Source of the DNA: Sminthopsis crassicaudata
Taxonomy: Eukaryota
Length of the DNA: 64,000 nucleotides
Direction: 5' to 3'
Assembly (NCBI RefSeq): GCF_048593235.1
Contig: NC_133620.1
Coordinates: 318,633,765-318,697,764, forward strand
Part shown: one piece after another, positions 39,242 through 49,302 of the stretch
Numbering within the stretch: position 1 is the first letter of the stretch
How the letters are laid out: each line of letters starts with the position of its first letter
The notes under the pieces: generated by a model
Database searches by the model: none
What the model saw: only the letters and a program-made list of their open reading frames with translations
Told to the model about the DNA's origin: nothing
Translations under genes and position numbers: made by a program

Positions 39242-39406
39242 ATTTTTAAAAATTTTTTTAAATTTATTTTTTTAATTTTATAATTATAAATTTTTTGACA
39301 GTATATATGCATGAGTAATTTTTTATAACATTATCCCTTGTATTCATTTTCCAAATTTTCCCCTCCCTCTCTCTACTCCATCCCCTAAATGACAGGCAAT
39401 CCCATA
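39242..39406 (-). mobile_element. Very short (165 bp) L1 3' end inserted in a CORE-SINE
   Basis: Perfect 15-bp TSD CAAAGTACATAGGTT at 39227-39241 and 39407-39421; young L1 3' UTR text. Confidence 0.9.
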
Positions 39407-40454
39407 CAAAGTACATAGGTTGTAAGTAGCTGATTCATATTGAAACCCAGGTCCCTTTGGTTGCAGCTTGGTTTGTGTTCTTTCTACTGTATTTATAAAG
39501 TCCAAATATATGTATTGTTATCTAATTCTAAAACAAAGGCAAGAATAGCACATAGTAAGAGAAGGATTATACATTTACACTGATGCTGGCTGTTTCAGGT
39601 GGTTTGCTTATTTCATAATCCAGCCTTAAGATTACCCTATCAATCAATCTTGGATTGCAGCTATTTGCTTTGTAGAACTATTTCTGTTTCTGGAACTTTT
39701 ATAACGTCCCAAAGAAGGGTGGGTTAATGGAGCGAGGACTACAGAAATGACTCTCTGGAGCTCTCGCCCTTCTAAACACCTCTTCAGCATCTTTAAATAT
39801 CCTCCTTTATTCTGTTGAGCTAATACAGCAGATTAGTGGATAACAATGAAGAAAATGGGAATAGAAGTAAGTGGGAAGGCTGTATATCTGCTTGGCCTTG
39901 CTGCTGAAATTGCTACCATAGTTCCAACCCACTAGGATTACTCCATTCTCAACAGTATTGTCCTCCTGATGTAGAATCTGCATGCATCATCACTTCATGC
40001 CTAGATTGTTGTAAGAGCCTGCTGATTGACATCCATGTCTCAAGTTTTATCTCATGCCAAGCCATCATCCACTAAAATGCCAGGGTGATTTCCTAAAATT
40101 CAGTTTTGAGCATAGCACCTTCACCTCCTTTTTACTTAGTAAGAAATCCATTGCCTCTTTCTGTCCTCTTGGGTCAGACAAAATTATGTGTGACATTTAA
40201 AGCTCTTCATAACCTGTATTCTTTCTATCTTTATACTCATACTTTATGTACCTCTAGATACATTGGACTACTAGCTGTTTTTTGTTTACAATAGTTCATC
40301 TCCCAGTTTTATGCCTTTTCACTTGATGTTCCTCATGGCTTGAGCATTCTCTCTCATCTTCTCCATTTCTAGACTTCTTGATTCCTTTGAGATTCTGCTC
40401 ACTTTCTCATTCTGCTGACAGCTTTCCTTTTAAAACTACCTTCCACTTACATTG

Positions 40455-40488
<34 letters not shown>

Positions 40489-40515
40489 TACATACATATA
40501 TATATATATATATAT
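40455..40515. repeat. (TA)n microsatellite
   Basis: Direct inspection. Confidence 0.95.
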
Positions 40516-41038
40516 CTTATAAGTGCATAGTTATTTGCATGTTGTTTCCTCCAATAGAATGTGTGCTCTTTGAGGGTTGGGGCATATGCCTAGAGCTTAT
40601 CATATTGTCTGACTCACAGTAAGCTTTTAATGAATGCTTGTTAACTGAGTAAGGGACTAGCCATAATGGAATGTTTTGGTTTTCCTTATACAGGCAGTCT
40701 TGCTTTATATAAATGCAGCCCTCTAGTTTAAGATTATGTAATTCTAATTTATTGAAGCCATGGGGAAGGCTTCTGACTAAGGGAAGCATGAAGAGGGTCC
40801 CATGACTGGAAGGAGAGGGCCCAGCATATGGTTCAAGGACCTTAGGGTCTTGGGTACAGAGAAGTGAGTGTGCACAAGGATAGTTTGATAGAGTGGGGCA
40901 TAGATCTCTTCTCTTCAAGAAGGAGGTCTGAAGCCAAGTTTCTGTCTTGCAATGATGGTTTCTCCCCATTAGTTCTTCAGTTTTCACTTAGACGGTTGGA
41001 TTTTGTTTTATTTTGTGAGTTTTTTTGGTGGGAGTTAG

Positions 41039-41443
41039 TGTTAGGATTACTAGGTGAGAACTCAGGTTGTCTGGACAGTGACAAGGTGAGAATTCAGGTT
41101 GTCTGGACAATTACAAGGTGAGAACTCAGGTTGACTTGATGGAAGGAGCAGGCTCATTGGCTGAGGTGGTTCTTCCCAGAAGCCCTTGCATTATCCCACG
41201 CCCATTCTCTGGGAGAATAAAAGAGAGGACTCCCAGAGATAGAAGAAGACTCTGCATTACATCAGCCCTGACGGGGCTCTCTGCAGGAAGGGAAGTCACT
41301 TCTAAGGACAAGAGTTAACAGCAACTGTCTGGAGACAACGGTTCACTACAGGAAGAAGAATCTGTCTGAGAGATTTGAGTAGACACAGCAGATCTCTTCC
41401 CAGAGAGCAATCCAGCAGCTTCTGGAGACGACAGCTCGCTACA
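41039..41443 (+). repeat. 5' LTR (405 bp)
   Basis: Starts TGTTAGG, ends CTACA, followed by AT and a PBS; homologous to 44036-44445. Confidence 0.95.
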
Positions 41444-41445
41444 AT

Positions 41446-41463
41446 TGGCGCCCAACGTGGGGC
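41446..41463 (+). other. Primer-binding site, tRNA-Lys1,2 (CUU): TGGCGCCCAACGTGGGGC
   Basis: 18/18 complement of the 3' end of vertebrate tRNA-Lys(CUU)+CCA, 2 nt after the LTR end. Confidence 0.95.
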
Positions 41464-41514
41464 AAGGACTTTTGCTTATCCTGACAAGAGGAGCTAGACC
41501 AGACCTTCGCAATT

Positions 41515-41532
41515 TGGCGCCCGAACAGGGAC
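41515..41532 (+). other. Second primer-binding site, tRNA-Lys3 (UUU): TGGCGCCCGAACAGGGAC
   Basis: 18/18 complement of the 3' end of tRNA-Lys(UUU)+CCA, the same sequence as the HIV-1/MMTV PBS; preceded by CA-ATT (41510-41514). Confidence 0.92.
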
Positions 41533-41594
41533 AGACACGGTCCTGATTCCAGTGGAAAAGCCTCCCATCCAGATCTCAGTCTCTCTGACCCAGA

Positions 41595-41603
41595 ACCGTG
41601 AGT
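41595..41603 (+). promoter_or_regulatory. Putative retroviral major splice donor ACC|GTGAGT
   Basis: GTGAGT at 41598-41603 in the leader between the PBS and the gag ATG, the usual position of the major splice donor. Confidence 0.6.
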
Positions 41604-41700
41604 AACAAGGAAACTTTGTTAAAGATTAAGTGAGCGTGCTAATAGATAAATAAGGAACTTAACTTGTTAAGGGCTAAACCAGGAATCTCTTATAGCTGAA

Positions 41701-43570
41701 ATGGGGCAGATGTTAGCTATATTCAATCCCTGGACCTCAGCCGACTCAACCCCAGCCCCAGAAGCAACCTCAGCTCCACCCCCATTCAGGAGTGGTACTA
41801 TAGAGAGTATAATCAACATAATTGAGGAGCAGAGTTTACTTGTAACCTGGGTACAGATTGCTAAACTCTTGGCTGCATTAAGATGCACATCCCCTTGGTT
41901 CTTAGAGGAAGAAAAGATAGATGTAGATAAATGGAAGCTAGTGGGATATGAAATGAAAGAATTTCAAGCAAAAAATGGGCCTCGTTCAATTTCTGCAGAA
42001 GTATTTTATATCTACAACATAGTTCAATTAGCCTTAAACTATCAAGCAAGTTGTAGGAGAAGGAAAAGTTCTAAAAATGAACAGAGGAGGAAGTGTGAGG
42101 AAAAAAGGAAAGATCAAGATCTTTCCCTAGAGCAAGAGGATTTAAATGAGGAATTATGGTATGATTCTCTTGAAGAAGCTTCAACCCTGCCTAGAGAACA
42201 GATTATTGACAGGCCCACATCAACCCCACCTTCAGAGATGGAGGAAGAAAGAGGGGAAGAGGCAGAAACACAAACAGAATTGCCTGTGAAGCAGCCTAAA
42301 CCTATGACAAGATTAGAAAAAGCATTGGTTAAAGCTAAGAGAGAAGGACAGGATATAAGTGATTTTATACATGCATATCCTGTGATTGAAGAGATTGACT
42401 CTGTAGGTAAAAAAAGGAGAAGATATGCACCTTTAGATTTGAATAAAATTAAGGATTTGAAAAAAGGTTGTACCCTTTATGGGGCTACATCAGCTTATGT
42501 CAAAAATGTTACTAGATGGTTTGTCTTATGAAGTCCTAACCCCGAATGATTGGAAATCCATAGCAAGGACATGTCTGGAACCTGGAGAAAATTTATTATG
42601 GCTTGCGGAATTTCATGAATTATGTAAAATTCAAGTCAGATGCAATTTGGAAATAGGAGTTAACACACAATTCACTTTTGAGCACTTAGCTGGTGAAGGT
42701 CAGTATGGAGAGAATTCGGAACAGATTAATTATACCATGACAATATATGAACAAATTGCTAAGGCTGCAATAAAAGCTTGGGGTGTCCTTCCTGGACAGA
42801 AAGATCGTGGAGAGGCTTTCACTAAAATACAGCAAGGTCCCAATGAACCTTTTGCAGATTTTGTGGGACGTTTGCAAACTGCTGTCAAAAGAACTATTGG
42901 AGAAAATGCAGCTACAGAAATAATGACCAGACATCTGGCTAAGGAAAATGCCAATGAGATTTGCAAAAGAATTATATGGGGATTAGACAAAGATGCTCCT
43001 TTAGAGGAGATCATAAGACGCTGTGCTACAGTGGGAACAAATGCTTTTTACACCCAGACAATGATGAATGTGGAAAGGCAGGGTCCCTCCTGGCAAGGGA
43101 CTTCTAGAGAAACTCGGCGATGTTTTCAATGTGGAAAAATTGGACATCTAAGAGCTCAGTGTAGGTATGGAGATACAGTGAGAAGACAGGGTGAAAGAAG
43201 ACCTAAAACCCCATGTCCAAAATGCAACAGAGGACTCCATTGGGCATCAAAGTGTAGAATAATTCAGGGAAATGGGATGAGGGGCCCAGGTCCAGGGCCC
43301 CAGGCAAAAAAGACTTGGGGCATGATGGCAGCTGATGTTACACCCAAAGAGCCTTTAGAAGGTCAGGACTCTGATGTGATCAACCAGCAGAAATGCAATC
43401 ACATGGCAGAAAGGGATTATCTGATAGTCAGCCAAAAGGCAATCAGATTGCAAAAATGGATTACACTTGGGGAGAATACAGGCCTTTTAAACCAACAGGG
43501 CTGTGTCCAGTGCAAACAAATCCAATGTAATTGCCAGATGATGAGAAGAGATTTAAAAAGTGGTAAATAG
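41701..43570 (+). pseudogene. gag: Betaretrovirus-like gag interrupted by one +1 frameshift near 42502-42506 (ORFs 41701-42531 and 42479-43570)
   Basis: MGQ myristoylation-type start; MA-like WF..W..VG motif; CA with YGATSAY/LTPNDW and MHR QGPNEPFADFVGRL; NC knuckles CFQCGKIGHLRAQC and CPKCNRGLHWASKC. Removing one A gives a 622-aa ORF. Confidence 0.93.
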
Positions 43571-43727
43571 AAGGAAATTAGATAAGTTGGCTGCCTGGGA
43601 GAGAGGGTTTGCTTGTATTTCTTCAGCAGGAGAAGGAATCAGATGGGTGCCAATGAGTCATATTCGCCTTGTCCATCAGAGAAAGACAGAAAAAGAGAAA
43701 GACCTCAAAATAAAGGAGAAGATCTAA
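43525..43727 (+). pseudogene. pol: Integrase C-terminal remnant of pol
   Basis: Translates as RDLKSGK*K.../LDKLAAWERGFACISSAGEGIRWVPMSHIRLV, matching the IN C-terminal W.GPD..WGRG(F/Y)AC..RW(I/V)P pattern, with a TGG>TAG stop and a 1-nt shift. Confidence 0.75.
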
Positions 43728-44019
43728 GAAACATCTTACACCGAAAGAGCATGGCTAATAAAAAGACTGTTAAAGAACTTTAAAACCAGCAGGAATCATT
43801 GGACTTCCTCACACAAGATGAGACTAATGGACAATGGACTTATGGACATTTATAAATTTTCAATTTATGATTATTTGATTATGTTATTTGTTATATACTT
43901 CTAGCATGTGTTATGTTACTATGTTACTATGTGCTTATGTAATTTATGTAATTATGTGTAATACTTCCCATATTGATAGATTTATGTTTCAAGGTCATGA
44001 CTGTCCTATGTTCTAAATC

Positions 44020-44035
44020 AAAAGAAAGGGGGAGA
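44020..44035 (+). other. Polypurine tract AAAAGAAAGGGGGAGA
   Basis: Purine run directly abutting the 3' LTR TG; typical of betaretroviral PPTs. Confidence 0.92.
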
Positions 44036-44445
44036 TGTTAGGATTACTAGGTGAGAACTCAGGTTGTCTGGACAGTGACAAGGTGAGAATTCAGGTTGTC
44101 TGGACAATTACAAGGTGAGAACTCAGGTTGACTTGATAGAAGGAGCAAGCTCATCGGCTGAAGTGGTTCTTCCCAGAAGCCCTTGCAATATCTCACGCCC
44201 ATTCTCTGGGAGGATAAAGAGGACAGCACTCCAGGAAGAGGGGAAGACTCTGCATTGCATCAGGCTTGACGGGGCTCCCTGCAGGAAGGGAATTTCACTT
44301 CTCTGGACAAGAGTTAACAGCAACTGCCTGGAGACAACGGTTCGTTACAGGAAGAAGAATCTGTCTGAGACATTTGAGTAGAAGACACAGCAGATCTCTT
44401 CCCAGAGAGTGATCCGGCAGCTTCTAGAGACGACAGCTCGCTACA
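44036..44445 (+). repeat. 3' LTR (410 bp)
   Basis: Preceded by the PPT; starts TGTTAGG, ends CTACA, followed by the TSD. Confidence 0.95.
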
Positions 44446-45349
44446 AGTTAGGATGCGAAGTTATAGAGCTGAGGGGGCAGGAAAAGACTAACAACAAAAC
44501 AGCATGGTTTTTTTTTGGAATGTGACTTTATTTGAAAATTCTTTACATATGGTTGAACTTGTATAAAGTAAGAAATATCTGTACAGAAATTTTTATAGCC
44601 TTCAAGTACATAGGACTATGATAATTTTTCCTTCTTTAGCTTCTCTTTTCTTACCACAGTTAAGATAAGGTACAGATAATAAACCATTTATAAACCTGAG
44701 TTGTTTGGGTTCACTGTTTCCTTCTAACAGCTGTCTGGTTTGGTATCAACTAATGTTTGGGGCTATTTTTGAGCCTTCTGATAAAAGTGGTTCTTTGGTC
44801 TTAATAGCAAAATTTCTTCTAATTCCTTAGTATAAGAACTTCTGATTGTTGGCACTTAATGGTCCTTCATGGTCCTTCATGGAATATAGAACTAGTTGGA
44901 ATATTCACAGCTTGGGAATATTTATCTCATCAATACTGATATCTGATTAAATATTACAAAATATCACAAATGTTTATGGAACCATAGTGAAAGAGAACTT
45001 TAGAGATCATCTAGTTTAGCTCCTACTTTGAAGATTAGAAAATGAAGTTCAGGCTAGAGCATTACTTCATGTTTGAGAAATATCTGTCTGGCATATTTAT
45101 ATATTGAGAAACCTGACTAAAGGTTCAGAGCCAGAAGAAGTCTTTGAACATCTTTTCCAAGTTTATTCATGCTGTATCAATGTGATATTAGTGATGCTAT
45201 GAAAACACATTTGTTGCCAAAGTATCTGTATCTTTTATTCTCTCTTCTCCCCTCTGCTTTCTCCTTTCTGACCAGAATTTGGTTTATTTCAGATAGCAAT
45301 ATCTACCTGGGATATTAATGTTTTGCTTTCTTTCTCTGTGTCTTTACAG

Positions 45350-45425
45350 ACAATTATGGAACAGTTCAACCCTAGCCTCAGGAACTTCATTTCCATGGGG
45401 AAGAACTATGAAAAAGCCCTGGCAG
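45350..45425 (+). CDS. BAIAP2: BAIAP2 coding exon 2 (76 nt), TIMEQFNPSLRNFISMGKNYEKALA(G)
   Basis: Polypyrimidine tract plus TTACAG acceptor; donor CAG|GTATGT. Peptide matches the IRSp53 IMD and is in frame with exon 1. Confidence 0.97.
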
Positions 45426-45589
45426 GTATGTCTAACTTCCCTGTCCCTCTATTATGAAGGTCCTGGGGGTGGATCTTTTGATGTTTCAGCATAGCTCTTG
45501 GTTGTCAGAAGGTACACTTTAGTGTTTCCAAGCTTCATTATTGACTATCAAAGTATATCCTTTATTCCTCAAACAAAATGTACAAAGAG

Positions 45590-47830
45590 GACATTTGAAT
45601 AAAGGTACAGATGTCATATTTCATGGCATGTGAGCCTTGAAACTTGCCACAAAATGAAAGATAAGCTGAAACAAGATGATGAAATTAGAACTTTTAGAAC
45701 ATAGTAAACAGAAGATAAAAACCTTATAGAAGTAGTAGACATCCTGAAAAATAAAAAGGAAAGCTTGGAATAAGATATACAAAAAAGGCAAAAAAAAAAA
45801 AAAAAAAAAAAAAAAGGCACATAACCAAAAATAATTTGCATAATGGAGGAAGAAAAAATGTATCTTTAATAGATGATTTTCAAACATTCCTGTTGAAAAA
45901 AACAGAGGTAGGTAGCATTTTTGAAATACAAACCTAGGAGACAAGTTAAGATTAGAAACAGAAATATATTTGAGTAATTTGAAGTAGTTAAATGATGATC
46001 AAATGTTTCTATCCTAATAGTAAAGAGGCCATTCCTCCTTCACAATCCTACCTCTTTCAAGTGTCAAAGATAGGGTAAGAAAGATAACAAAGAAATTGGA
46101 TGTAGTTTTGTTCTGCTTGCTTTGAGAGAGAGTAAAGGAACAGGAGAGAAAAAGGAATATAGTATGGAATAACTGGGGAAGAAGATGGAGAAATTCACTG
46201 TTGCACTTAAATTGAGAGAGCTTGGAAAAATATGCAAACATAAAGCATAGGAATCAGGGGTGCCTCATTTTTATGTGGATTAGGCAAAGAAAGGCTAAAT
46301 ACACATATTACTTACCCCAAAACATGTGGTGTAGGACTGCATTAAAGTCAATATGAAAATAAATGGAAGCAGAGCAGAAGTGAGGAATTTAAGAGATAAT
46401 AATGTTGAGAGTAAATAATCACAAGAAATATAAATTTCAACTAAAGTCAGATAAAAGTTGAACTAAAAGGAGACCCAAATGATCTTAGTTAGGGATTGAA
46501 GGCTGAGAGGAAGAGCAAAGGAACAGAATTAAATCATTCCAATTAGAGATCACTGATGTTTATCCATTTTCTTTTATTTCTTCAGTGTGTGTGTGTATGT
46601 GTATGTGTAAAGAGAGGAGTGGGAGCAAAGAGAAGATACATTATTACAGAATATACAGTTAAGTGAAAGATACAACCAACAATTTTAACTGCGAATAGGA
46701 TGAACTTTTCCATAAAATGGAGAAGTGTGGCAGCTTGGATTAGAAGGAAGATTCTAAAACTCTTTATAAGAAATTGATTTGAAACAGACTAATCCTTAAG
46801 TAAATCCAGAGTAACAGGGATGGCAATCATGATCTTGGACAAGGCAACAGTAAAACCTGATTAAAAGATGTAGATTTAGAACTAGAAGGATCCTCATAAA
46901 CCATTGAACTCATCCCACTTATATTACAAATGAGGAACCTGAGCTATTTAAACTTTAGTATCTCGAATTAGGATTACACACGTAAGAAATATTTTAGGCA
47001 GCATTTGAAATCAGGCTTTCCTAACTCTTAAATCCAGATAAATAAAGCAACTACATTGTGTTTAATGATACTGTAGATAGTGGAGCAATGTTTATATTGT
47101 ATTTATATTCGCAACAAGGATACAGTGGCATTTATATTAAATTTTTTCTAGATTCAGCCCTTGTTGCCTTGTTGTGTAAATGAATCTGGTCAGTAGATAA
47201 TCAGAGTAGGGTAATTTACATTAGGATAGGCATCATTGTATGTCTGACAGGTTTGGATATTTTTAATGCCCTTTGATGACCAGGAAACTGGAATCAGTAA
47301 GGTCCAGTGACACAGAATTGTCTCTTTTTAGGGAAAGTTCATCCTTGTCATAAAAGTGGAGGAGGGTCTAAGGCCTAACTCATTACTGTGAGTGAGGGAA
47401 AGGATACTGCATCACTGAAGTACTTATAATAAATATAATATATACAATTTTAGAAAAATTAGATGTAATAAATATCAAGTTATTGTTTATTTGTTAAGAA
47501 AAAATATGGTATAGAGATTTTTCAGTTTTTCATGACTCTTTTACAAATAGTGATGATATGCCAGAATATAAAGAACTTATACAATAATGAAAAAAAATAT
47601 AAATACATTCTTTTCCTAACACAAAAAATTTTAATCAATAAGTTGAACTTGAAGAAAGGGTTTAGATTTAAATGAGGACTAATAAAAGCCTATAAAATAA
47701 ATAGGTTAAAAATACTTTTATCAAAGGAAATGCCATAAATGAGGCAACATATTAATGCTTTTGGGATGCAGGCAAAATAGTCCTTGTGGCAAATTTATGT
47801 TGCTAAACTCATTAAAAAAAAGAGAAAAAT
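45590..47830 (+). mobile_element. Old decayed L1 (ORF1 end to ORF2 endonuclease start) interrupted by a MIR
   Basis: DFQTFLLKKTE (about 45874-45906) resembles the marsupial L1 ORF1p C-terminus; about 46680-46870 resembles the endonuclease N-terminus. Boundaries approximate. Confidence 0.55.
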
Positions 47831-48354
47831 AATCTCTGAATGAAATGATCAGTGAATTGGGCTAGCAATTTTTTTTAAACAAAATAAAGCAGCAGCAGCA
47901 GCAGCACAACAACAACAAAAACCACTCCAAAATAACCAAAGTTTTTTTTTTTAAACCACAAATAAACACAAAAATAGAAATAATGTTCTTATTTTGGGTA
48001 AATAACTCTCTTTTCACAAAAGTGGCTTATTTGTCCCAGTTATAGCCACTGACCAAACTAGCCACATTCCAAATAAGATGTCCTGACAAGAGAACACCAT
48101 CTGGAATGGTGCAAAAGTATGTTTTTAGTTCTGCCACATTACTACAGTTCAACAGTCTCACTTCCTTTTTAAGGATATTTCTCCCAAGAACTAAGGAATT
48201 TCAGCAGACATGTGGCTTTTGAGGGTGTAAATCTTGATCTGGTCCTTACTTTCCTTTTTAAGAGCTTACTCCATTGAGCATTCACTTTCTCTTAACTCTT
48301 CTTTTCCTTTCTCTTGGTGCCTTCCTTATTAGCTACAGACATGTTCAAGTCTTT

Positions 48355-48585
48355 GTTGTTGTTATTTAGTTTTAAGTTGTGTCTGATCCCTCATGACCCC
48401 ATTTGGGGGTTTCTTAACTAAGATATTGGAATAGTTTGCCATATTTTGATAGATGAGGAAACTGAGGCAAACAGGGTAATGTGACTTGCCTAGGTCACAC
48501 AGCTAGTAAGTGTGTGAGGCTAGATTTGAACTCAGGAAGAGAGGTCTTCCTGACTCCAGGTCTGCCCCTCTATCTACTGCTCTGC
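48355..48585 (-). mobile_element. MAR1-type CORE-SINE
   Basis: gatgaggaaactgaggcaaacagggt..gtgacttgcctaggtcacacagctagtaagtg antisense core. Confidence 0.8.
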
Positions 48586-49107
48586 TCAGTTCTCAAAAAC
48601 TTTTCGTTTGACCCTTCCATCACCTTAGGTTACTATGCTATGGCCCAACTCTCTCTGGCCAGGCACACTACACCTTCTTTTTAGAGTTCTTGGTCAACAT
48701 GGGCAAAGTCGACTACTTTTGGCTTGAGCCAAAATATCATTTGTATTTCCCTTATTTTAAGAGACCAATAACTAGCATCCTAATTCCATTTAATACTTAA
48801 CATTAGGTACTCTTTACAAAGGAATATTTATTTCAAAAATATAGCTAGAACAAAGATATTCATTTACCTTAACACCTGGCATCATAAACTCCTTTATACC
48901 ATTGTGATCTGGAAAGGGTACTCTGAAAACTGTTTAGTTTCTATATTATATTGGTCCCACCAATTTCATATTCAGATGTTGGGTGACTTATAGAGTGAGC
49001 CTATAGTCACTGCTGGTCTGGCTTTCTGAAGGTTATTCCCAAAGGGCATATTCCTTGCTGCTATACCAGGACTCCAGAATGACAAAATGCTGAAGAGCCC
49101 TCTAGAC

Positions 49108-49302
49108 TAGTGGTATCAAACTTATACCATGCTCAGAGTCACATAATTAACCTAGAGAATCCCATATTAACATTATTTGTTTTATTGTATTTTATTAATG
49201 TATTTGTAAAATATTTTCCAGTTACATTTTAATGGGACTCATGCTGCATTTGAGTGTATGATGGGCTTCATGTGGCCTGTGGCTATGTATTGGATACCTT
49301 TG
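49108..49302. mobile_element. Short hAT-type non-autonomous DNA transposon remnant
   Basis: Termini tAGTGGTATCAAAC...TGGATACCTTTG with a decayed gggccgcatgcggccc-type subterminal motif (gggcttcatgtggcctgtgg). Confidence 0.5.

Larger units (their letters stand above)
41039..44445 (+). mobile_element. Betaretrovirus-like (ERV2) endogenous element, internally deleted (LTR-gag-IN remnant-LTR), 3.4 kb
   Basis: TG..CA-bounded LTR pair, 6-bp TSD AGTTAG (41033-41038 and 44446-44451), Lys PBS, gag with MHR and two CCHC knuckles, PPT before the 3' LTR. Confidence 0.96.

Noticed and set aside
41053-41136. 32-bp direct repeats as a CRISPR-like array
   Set aside because: No unique spacers, eukaryotic context, and present in both LTRs; these are U3 tandem repeats.
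42495-42512. Programmed -1 ribosomal frameshift inside gag
   Set aside because: Not an X XXY YYZ heptamer, lies in the middle of CA, and needs a shift opposite to the usual gag-pro one; a 1-nt insertion is simpler.
43560-43605. G>A changes (TGG>TAG, GGG>GAG) as APOBEC3 hypermutation
   Set aside because: Only two inferred sites, the gag Trp codons are intact, and APOBEC3 is considered placental-specific.
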